From a virus (lineage: Duplodnaviria > Caudoviricetes): DNA of 64,000 nucleotides. The notes below the pieces were generated by a model. It was not told the origin of the DNA. It saw nothing but the letters and a program-made list of their open reading frames with translations, and searched no databases. The DNA is taken from positions 2,281 to 66,280 of the IMG/VR virus record IMGVR_UViG_3300010429_000098; one strand, 5' to 3'. Numbering within the stretch: the first letter of the stretch is position 1; each line of letters begins with the position of its first letter. Shown here piece after piece: positions 7,749 through 16,100 of this stretch. Both the position numbers and the translations under genes were made by a program.

Positions 7749-10234
7749 ACAGCATCAGATACACTTTCCATGGTGAAAAATCTGAGCAAATATACAAGCC
7801 AAAGGCCGGCTATACCGATTGGATCGGGCAGCCTATAAATGAATGTGTACCGGTATTTGCAGATAATCCCACATTGCCAAGCGAAGCATTTAATGATGAT
7901 GTCTTAACGCCTGTTAGATTCTCTGTTAGTGCTTGTCCGCCTCCTCAGTACAAGTGCGATTGGTACGTTGATGATACATTGATCCTAGATACTCACGGAA
8001 TGAGTTATCGAGTGCCTTTTGAACATATCGGTAAAAATATAACTTGCGAAGTTATAGCTATAAACGATACTGGACATGCTATAGCACTCACAAATAGATG
8101 CAAGATCAGTAGAAAGCATGTCGCTCCTGTTAGTAAAACTATAATTCGTCTTGAAACAGCTGAATCTGAGAACTACGCGGGAGAGTTGTATACTGTATCA
8201 GAATCTGAATGGGAAGGCTATCCTGAGCCTGTTTTGACATATCAATGGTCTTTAGATAATAAAGACATTGAGGGTGCTAATGGTACAAGCTATCTTACTA
8301 GTAAAGAAGACTTTGGTAAGCGTTTGATGTGTAAAGTAACCGGTAAAAATTCAAAATTCTACTATAGCATTTACACTGCAAAGATTAAGTTATTAGAGCC
8401 ATTATCTGTTCCGTATACTGTTGAAACACCAGAGCTTTCCGCTGGGGATCAAGCAGGTACTGTCATACGTGTTACCAAAGGTAAATGGAAAGGTAACCCA
8501 ATTCCGGTTATCGAATATAGCTGGTTTAGTGATGGAACTAGGATCCCCAATGAGATTACCGATACCTATACTACGACTATCCTGGATATTGGTGCTAGTA
8601 TTCATGCTGAGATTGTTGCGACAAACTCGCAAGGAATAGGTACTGCTATTTTAGACCCCGTCAAGATAAGAAAGGCCGATAAACTGCCTCATTATAGCAT
8701 GGCTCCTATTATTAGTGGAGAAGCTTTAATTGGTAGTAAACTTACGACAACACTAGGAATATGGACAGGTAACCCTGAGCCTACTCTAGAAGTGATGTGG
8801 TATAAAGACGGTGAATATATTAAGAATGAGCTTGATACGAGCTATGAGATACGTAGAACTGATCTGCATTCTACGATTGCTGTTAAAGTTAAAGCAACTA
8901 ACAGAGTCGGTTCTGTAATAGCACAATCAGTTAATAAGGTAGCTATCCAAAGTTCTCCAAGATGCCTTAAGGATCCAGTCATTCGTAGTTCACCTAAAGT
9001 AGGCAATACTATTGTCCCTGATACAGGTGTATGGGATGGTACTCCATTTCCTTATATTGAATTTCAGTGGCTAGTAGATAATGAAGTAGTCGCAACTAAC
9101 GCACCGTTTACGCCAAGAGTTGAACACATTGGCAAATCGTTGGTGTTGTCAGTATTTGGTAAGAATGCGCATGGTGGTATTACTGCAAATAGTGAGCCAG
9201 CTGTGATAACTTCACATCCTATTCCTATTGAAATACCTAAATTGTCTGGTGATAAGACACTAAGTGTTACTGACGGTGAATGGATTGGTTATCCTGAGCC
9301 TACGTTTAAGTATGAATGGTTTAGAGATAATCACGTAATTCCAAATGCTAAAGAATCTACCTATAAAACGGTAGATGCCGATATTGGTCATAAGATTGTA
9401 GCCAGAGTGCGTGCTTCTAATAGTGTACGTGCGTCTATCTCAGATAGTGAAGCCAAGATAATACACTCTAAGCCGTTGTGTATAGATTCTCCACATATTA
9501 CTGTGAAAGATAATGTTGCAACGGTCACTGATGGAATTTGGTTAGCATATCCAAAGCCTGTATATACGTATCAATGGATTGAATACGGCGATTCTAATTC
9601 TTTAGATATTTCTGCGGATATGATAGGTAAGGCAATAGCCTGTCGAGTTACAGCCACTAATTCTGAAGGTTCAACCTCGATGACAGTAGCACAAGACTTA
9701 ATTCAAGGTGCACCTGTGTGTGATATTCCGCCATTTATCGTCTGCAACGATAATATTTTGTCTGTATTGACAGGAAAATGGTATGGGTATCCTTATCCAC
9801 AGTTCAGCTATGTATGGTCTAGGAATGGCGTTCCGTTACCAAATGAATATCATCAAGATTATCTGGTATTAAAAGAGGATGCTGGACATAGCTTCTCTGT
9901 AAGAGTTGTAGCGTATAACAAGCTAGGTGAAGTGGTTGTAAATACAGACCCGTACATTGTATACAAAGAGCCTATTAAACTGTCTAAAGAATTCTACACC
10001 GTTAGTTTCCAGGACAGTATTCATGCGAATATTACGTATTCTGCAGCTACGATGAGAGTATTAGATGCGTTACAAGTTGATTACAATGCTAATGAAACTT
10101 CTGTATATTTCGAAAGTGAATCTATTGTAAATAAACCAGCTAATATTATTTACGCTGTAGCAAAGAAGAATGTCCCAGATATCAATATCGAAGATATTCT
10201 AGAATTCATCACTAACTTGAAAGTATCAAAATGA
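7742..10234 (+). CDS. Multi-Ig-like-domain virion protein, C-terminal part
   Basis: Eight repeats of W.G.P.P...Y.W..D...I......Y......D.G..I...V...N..G; the frame is open upstream to 7700 and carries the end of the SPRY fold (YPISAFVG...YKPKAGYTDW). Confidence 0.75.
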   Translation: MLNSIRYTFHGEKSEQIYKPKAGYTDWIGQPINECVPVFADNPTLPSEAFNDDVLTPVRFSVSACPPPQYKCDWYVDDTLILDTHGMSYRVPFEHIGKNITCEVIAINDTGHAIALTNRCKISRKHVAPVSKTIIRLETAESENYAGELYTVSESEWEGYPEPVLTYQWSLDNKDIEGANGTSYLTSKEDFGKRLMCKVTGKNSKFYYSIYTAKIKLLEPLSVPYTVETPELSAGDQAGTVIRVTKGKWKGNPIPVIEYSWFSDGTRIPNEITDTYTTTILDIGASIHAEIVATNSQGIGTAILDPVKIRKADKLPHYSMAPIISGEALIGSKLTTTLGIWTGNPEPTLEVMWYKDGEYIKNELDTSYEIRRTDLHSTIAVKVKATNRVGSVIAQSVNKVAIQSSPRCLKDPVIRSSPKVGNTIVPDTGVWDGTPFPYIEFQWLVDNEVVATNAPFTPRVEHIGKSLVLSVFGKNAHGGITANSEPAVITSHPIPIEIPKLSGDKTLSVTDGEWIGYPEPTFKYEWFRDNHVIPNAKESTYKTVDADIGHKIVARVRASNSVRASISDSEAKIIHSKPLCIDSPHITVKDNVATVTDGIWLAYPKPVYTYQWIEYGDSNSLDISADMIGKAIACRVTATNSEGSTSMTVAQDLIQGAPVCDIPPFIVCNDNILSVLTGKWYGYPYPQFSYVWSRNGVPLPNEYHQDYLVLKEDAGHSFSVRVVAYNKLGEVVVNTDPYIVYKEPIKLSKEFYTVSFQDSIHANITYSAATMRVLDALQVDYNANETSVYFESESIVNKPANIIYAVAKKNVPDINIEDILEFITNLKVSK

Positions 10235-10506
10235 CCGATAAAAACGCTCCTCCTGTTGTTGCTGTTCTTCCAGTGACTCCGCCTGCAGCACCTGAGACTC
10301 CGATTCCTCCTGTTGTTGCTGTTCTTCCAGTGACTCCGCCTGCAGCACCTGAGACTCCGATTCCTCCTGCTACTCGACACCCTTCTTTCTATATTCCAGC
10401 AAAATGGGAAATCACTTCTTCTCCTGACGGAATTCGTGCTTACAATCCAGATACCAATGACACTTTCGAAGGGCCGGTAGATGAATTTAACGCAATGCTG
10501 AAGTAA
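10231..10506 (+). CDS. Pro-rich small protein with a tandem 19-aa duplication
   Basis: PPVVAVLPVTPPAAPETPI twice; ATG overlaps the upstream TGA. Confidence 0.65.
   Translation: MTDKNAPPVVAVLPVTPPAAPETPIPPVVAVLPVTPPAAPETPIPPATRHPSFYIPAKWEITSSPDGIRAYNPDTNDTFEGPVDEFNAMLK
10248..10369 (+). repeat. Perfect tandem repeat, 57-nt unit, about 2.1 copies
   Basis: cctcctgttgttgctgttcttccagtgactccgcctgcagcacctgagactccgatt at 10249-10305 and 10306-10362. Confidence 0.95.
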
Positions 10507-10514
10507 GGATTAAT

Positions 10515-10886
10515 ATGATAGAACTAATGCCAATCAATGGTGTAAAAACTGTTTCTCCATATATCCGTATACGTACGGGTGAAGCTGCAACTGTCGTACT
10601 CAAAGATGGCACTAGTTCTTCATACATCAAGGATCACACTGAAGTATCTATACAGTTGCACGCATTAGACGATCGTTGGTCGCCGGTGTACACTTTAAAT
10701 AGAACACACCCAGCCGCGACCTTGCGAGAACCTGGTGCATGGCGTTGTGTACAAACCATTAACGGTGTCATGACAGGTATTGATATCTCCGATTACCTTC
10801 TAGTCTTTAAGTGGATTGTTACGGAAGACGATGTGCATATCTGTACTGAAGATCGGCGTAGCAGGTTTATAAGTGAATCACTTTAA
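10515..10886 (+). CDS. Small hypothetical protein (distant member of paralog family A)
   Basis: MIELMPI...A.V.LKD...IQL...PAATLREPGAWRCV resembles 6666-6944. Confidence 0.6.
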   Translation: MIELMPINGVKTVSPYIRIRTGEAATVVLKDGTSSSYIKDHTEVSIQLHALDDRWSPVYTLNRTHPAATLREPGAWRCVQTINGVMTGIDISDYLLVFKWIVTEDDVHICTEDRRSRFISESL

Positions 10887-10895
10887 GGAAATACT

Positions 10896-12491
10896 ATGGG
10901 CATAGTGAATGCTGCGCAAACAAATAAAGGAGTCGCTGATCCTGCTGCGATGTACGAAAGTATGCGCCCTTCATGGGAAAAGTCTCGTGCAGTGATCAAC
11001 GGTCAACAGGCTACAAAGGACTTTGACACGATATTAGATACAATCGGTTATAGAAACATGCTGATCCCTTTCTCACCATCAATGAGTCAGGAGCAGTATA
11101 ATTTCTATAAGGCTGAAGCAGAACTTCCAGGTATTGTATCACAATACTCTCGGATTATTATCGGTGGTCTTTTACGTAAACAACCTACACTTGTACTTCC
11201 CCCAGGTTGTCCAGAGGAAGCGCATGACTGGATAATGAATCAGTTTACGCAAGATAATCTACCATTGATATCTTTCCTAGACGATGTTCTATGGGAGGAA
11301 GTCCAAACTAGTAGACCATTCGTGTATATAGATTATCCTAAGATTGAGAATCCAGATGCAATGGATTCTGCAGATTTCGAAGGAATTAAACCATATCCTA
11401 TTATATGGTCAGCAGAAAAAATTATCAATTGGCGAATGGCAGATAAAGCTGATGGTACTCAAACTTTCGACCGCATCATTGTAAGAGATTACGAAGAGAA
11501 GTATGATGAGCCTGGCGGTCAATTCGAATTTCATCCTCGATTCATCGATACCGTATTTGTTCATGAGCTAGTTGACGGTAAGTATCAAATTCGAAAGTTC
11601 CAGAAACAAGACAGTGAGGCTGCGGTCATTACATCAAATGGCGAAATAAAGAACATCTATTCACAAAACACACCTAAGGGCGCGTATATCCTCGTAGACA
11701 CAGATACGAGTATTCAAATGAATGGAGAGCCATTAACGGAGATTCCTGCATGGCCTCTGAATGGCAGCGCTAGAGTTGTTGAACCAATGATGACGGCTCT
11801 TATTGATAGGGAGATTGCACTTTATAATAAAATAAGCCGTCGAAATCATCTATTATACGGTGCTGCTACCTATACACCATATCTTGCCTCAGACATGGAT
11901 GATGCAAGTTTTGAGATGATGGTGAATAGCGGGCTTGGCTCCTGGTTGAAGATTAATAAAGGCGACGAAGTAGGTATTTTGGAAACGCCTACGGCTGCAT
12001 TGCAAGACATGGAGAAAAGCATAGCCGCTACACTAGATGAAATGGCTAAGCTAGGCATTCGAATGCTTACTCCAGATACCGATCAATCTGGCGTGGCGTT
12101 GCAAATTCGTAATGCGGCTCAAACATCTCAACTAGGAACACTTAACACTAAGATTAGTAACACAATGGCAAGTGTTATTTGTTTTATGGTTAATTGGCGC
12201 TATCGTACCAATTTCCTAGTATCTGAATTTGATTTCGAATTAAGTGCTGATTTCTCGCCTGTTCCAATCGGTGCGGACTTTATCAGACTTATGACTGAGT
12301 GGTATGAGAAGGGTCTTATTCCGCGTAGTGAATGGCTAAATATGGCAAAGGCAAACGATCTAATTACTCCCGACTACGATGATGACGAGGGTAAGAAAGA
12401 GATTAATAGTGATGAGCTAATTGTTACTACTAAGGATAAGGCTGAATATCAAGCACAGGTTAATGCTGCCGGCGCAGCCCCTGTTGGCTGA
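10896..12491 (+). CDS. Portal protein (DUF4055-like)
   Basis: 531 aa, first gene of the head module; YESMRPSWEKSRAV.NG, LYNK.S...HLL...A..TPY, ILE.P..AL..MEK patterns typical of siphovirus portals. Confidence 0.85.
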   Translation: MGIVNAAQTNKGVADPAAMYESMRPSWEKSRAVINGQQATKDFDTILDTIGYRNMLIPFSPSMSQEQYNFYKAEAELPGIVSQYSRIIIGGLLRKQPTLVLPPGCPEEAHDWIMNQFTQDNLPLISFLDDVLWEEVQTSRPFVYIDYPKIENPDAMDSADFEGIKPYPIIWSAEKIINWRMADKADGTQTFDRIIVRDYEEKYDEPGGQFEFHPRFIDTVFVHELVDGKYQIRKFQKQDSEAAVITSNGEIKNIYSQNTPKGAYILVDTDTSIQMNGEPLTEIPAWPLNGSARVVEPMMTALIDREIALYNKISRRNHLLYGAATYTPYLASDMDDASFEMMVNSGLGSWLKINKGDEVGILETPTAALQDMEKSIAATLDEMAKLGIRMLTPDTDQSGVALQIRNAAQTSQLGTLNTKISNTMASVICFMVNWRYRTNFLVSEFDFELSADFSPVPIGADFIRLMTEWYEKGLIPRSEWLNMAKANDLITPDYDDDEGKKEINSDELIVTTKDKAEYQAQVNAAGAAPVG

Positions 12492-12503
12492 TAATAACTT
12501 ATT

Positions 12504-12530
12504 GGGATTCCATGTGACAGATGGAATTTC
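12504..12530 (+). promoter_or_regulatory. Conserved-loop hairpin copy 3 (loop GTGACAG)
   Basis: GGGATTCCAT-GTGACAG-ATGGAATTTC, about 27 nt before the ATG at 12557. Confidence 0.6.
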
Positions 12531-12556
12531 TATAAAGTATTAAACCAGGAGATTTA

Positions 12557-13153
12557 ATGACAAACGTTTCTAATTTCGTATTTATAATGACGCCTGAGAT
12601 TATAGAAAAATGTGCGCGCATTAAAGAAGAGAAGTTAAACAAGGCTTCTCCTGAAAACCTATGTAAAGAGTACGCCAAATACTATTATTACAATAATGGA
12701 AAATTATATAGAAAGGCGGATGATAAATTAATGGGTCGCCCTGACAAGGATGGCTATTTAATCTTTAATGACAAATATTGGTGCGGACTGGACGTCGGTA
12801 ACTCTATGAAAACACCGGTTAGGAAGGTACATAGAGTTATCTATATGCTGACCAAAGGTCCTATACATAATGATTTGCAAATTGACCATATCGATCGAAT
12901 TCCCGACAACAACTATCCAGATAATCTGCAATTAGTTGATCATTTGAGTAATCAACATAATAAAGATTTGTCAAAACAGACGTCAAAATATTACGGAGTA
13001 TATAAAAAGCCTTCTGGAAAGTTTCGAGCAGGTGTGTATGGTAATAAGGTTAAGATAAATATAGGCACGTTCGAAACTGAGATCGAAGCTGCAAAAGCAT
13101 ACAATGATTATATAGTATTGCATAACTTAGATAAACGACTGAATCTATTATGA
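12557..13153 (+). CDS. Free-standing HNH homing endonuclease with AP2-like domain
   Basis: QIDHIDRIPDNNYPDNLQ; SKYYGV...GKFRA...IGTFETEIEAAKAYN; paralog of 5750-6316. Confidence 0.85.
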   Translation: MTNVSNFVFIMTPEIIEKCARIKEEKLNKASPENLCKEYAKYYYYNNGKLYRKADDKLMGRPDKDGYLIFNDKYWCGLDVGNSMKTPVRKVHRVIYMLTKGPIHNDLQIDHIDRIPDNNYPDNLQLVDHLSNQHNKDLSKQTSKYYGVYKKPSGKFRAGVYGNKVKINIGTFETEIEAAKAYNDYIVLHNLDKRLNLL

Positions 13154-16100
13154 TATATGATGTCAATACCGATATTTCAGACAAGTCTATTGACAGAGCC
13201 ACGATGCTGCGTCTATATGAAAAGAAAAGTGTCGGCAAAGTTATATTAATAATTGACGGGCATTCTGTTCGAGTTGATAAGCTTATTAAATCATCTAATC
13301 TACAAGGTAAGTCGTTCAATGCATTTTTGAAAGAATTAGACAAAGAAATTGCTGGTACAATGGCACAAGCACACACTACAAGCAGTTCAGATCTAATTCA
13401 GCTGTATGGCAATCAGTCTGCATACACAACCAGAACACTAAATTCTGTAATCAGTGATGTGTGGAGAGTGCAACCACCTCCACGACACATAGCCGCTGAG
13501 GTGGTTCTAACTACTCCCATCTATCAGAATAAAACATTATCTGAGGGATGGGCAGGTATCGGAAGAAATGAAAAGATACGAATAGAAGCTATTATTCGCA
13601 AGGGCATTGCTGAGGGTCAAACAGAAAAAGCAATAGCTGATACTGTCTTTAAAACTGGTTATGGTGTCACAAGGAATCAAGCTAGTGGATTAGTCGTTAC
13701 GGCAACTACTCATGTGTATTCAGAGGCTGATTATCAAGTATATAAAGCGAATGAAAAGGCACTGCAAGGGTGGCAATACGTCGCTGTTTTAGACTCGCGC
13801 ACTACACCGCTATGTTCTCACTTGGATGGTAAAATATTTCCCGTAGACGATAAAAAGAATTTACCTCCGCGTCATTGGTATTGTCGATCTACTACATTAC
13901 CGATTGTCAAATCATACGATGATTTAAGTAAATTAGAAGGCGTGGCTCAAGTACGCAAAAGAAATTTAGAAAGACTTACGCCTGAACAGATTACTTGGTA
14001 TAGCGGGCAGAGTCCTATGAAAGAATCCTACAATGAATGGTTAAAACGTCAACCAACCGATGTACAACTACGTCATCTAGGTGATACAAAGAAATTAGAG
14101 CTATTCCGAAGCGGACAGGTTAGTGTGGACCAATTCACTAGAATTGACGGTGAAGCTGTCGGACCAAGAGAACTTAACAGATTAACAGACACGCACAATA
14201 CACTGCCTCAGGATAGTCGTAGATTCGCTATTGCTAAGGAAAAGCTTGACACTATCAAATTAGGTGCAGCAAGGCCTGAAGAAATATACGAGAATCCTGA
14301 AATAAAGAAGGCACTTAAGGAGTATTATCTGTTACAAGCAGGTGAACTAGACGGTACTTTGTCAATGACAAATTATCGTGGCACCTTACTACACAATAAG
14401 AAGAATACTCGCAATCGCGTATTAATTAGTCCTCCGCGCGAAGATCAGTTAAAATTCAACCCAATATCTGGTAGATACGAAGATGTGCGAATGTATCAAC
14501 CGAATCCAGAAGTGTTTGCTAACACGCAACGATTGATTAATGAAAGTACTGATCTTCTTCCCAAGGACAAGGAATTTCTAAACACATTTATTGCTGGACT
14601 CGAGGATACGATGTCTATCAATGAACGTGCAGCAGTAAGCGAGAATCTACGACTGACTATAGAACGTTTTAGAAAGAGTCCTGATCCGCAACCCTGGGCT
14701 AACCTTAAGGCTGTACTTAATGGAGAAATGAAGTTCTCTGTTATGAACGTATCTGATTACATGGAGACACAGTTGCGAAAGGATTCTGATTTGTTTGCTA
14801 GATTGGGCCAACTGAACTATCTTGACCCAGTCCTTGGACCAACTCAGTTGCATACACTTAGTCGTGACTTCACCAAGAATATCATTAAAAAGAATGCATG
14901 GGAAGACCGTACCGCGCCAAAAATTGGTAGAGAGTTGAAAGGCATAATTAATACCAAACTTCCGCTTAAACTTCGTGTGCGTATTAAAGAGAAAGAACTT
15001 TCAGCTTTTTATACTAAGTTCGCTAAACGCTTGGCAATGAATGATACTCCAGACAGAGATCAACTTGCGGTTGCGCTAGGCAGGGACTTGTATAATGCGG
15101 CTAACTATCGTGGATCTAGAAATCAATGGTGGGAACTTGGTGTAAAAATTCTAGATGATGCCAAAGGCAAGGGATTCTATGAGGTAGAAACCTATGGTGT
15201 CCAGAAAAGAAGAATGAAATCCAGAAATGGTGGAAGATACTTTTAAATTACTAGAAGCTTTATGCGGTGACGCATATCGAATAACCATGTGAATTCGGTG
15301 GAACTCCTAAACGTTATAGGACAATACCGAGCCAAGCTTCAATTCAGTAATGAATTGTTGAAGGTGTAACGACTATCGAAAGGGCGCAATCAAAGCGTAA
15401 CCGAATAGAGTAGAGATCTAGTGATCTCGAAGCGCATGGCATCTCTTGGAGAAGGAGAGATGATGATATAGTCTGGTCTGTATAGTAATATACAGAAGTG
15501 CTGGTCAGGCACAACATTGAGTATACTATGATAGACGAAATTTGGAAAGCATTTGATAATTGTTACGACGTTAGCACGCACGGGCGTGTTAAGAATACAC
15601 GAAGTGGCTATATATTAAACCCGTTCTTAGACAGCGATGGGTACCCGTGTATTACGTTGTACGGAGTGACTGCAAAAGTGCATAGGATGGTTGCAAAAAC
15701 ATTTATTCCAAATCCCGATAATTTACCAACTGTAAATCATAAGGATGGCACAAAGACAAATAACTTTGTGATTAACCTGGAATGGGCCAGTGTTGCTGAT
15801 AATAACGCACACGCGGGCTTTATGGGGCTAATGCCGAGAGGTGTCGAGTGCCACACTGCGATTCTCGATGAAGAAATGGTTATTGCTATCAAGAAGCTGT
15901 TCGTAGAGTACAAGCTAGGTGACCGCGACATCGGAAGAATTTTCGGTGTCAGCGAAGGAACAGTACATAACATACGAATAGGAATCGCATGGAAACATGT
16001 GGCGAGCGACCTAGTATTCAATGACAAAGGCCCGAATGGCAGAGGTGAATTTGCAAAGAAACTTAGCGGCGCCGATATTCCGATTATCAGAAAAATGGCG

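Noticed and set aside
10248-10369. CRISPR-like array
   Set aside because: Head-to-tail in-frame coding repeat without spacers; no cas genes.
15244-15246. Stop-codon reassignment to explain in-frame stops in the RNAP genes
   Set aside because: The stops coincide with group I intron 5' ends, long ORFs are intact under the standard code, and no suppressor tRNA is present.
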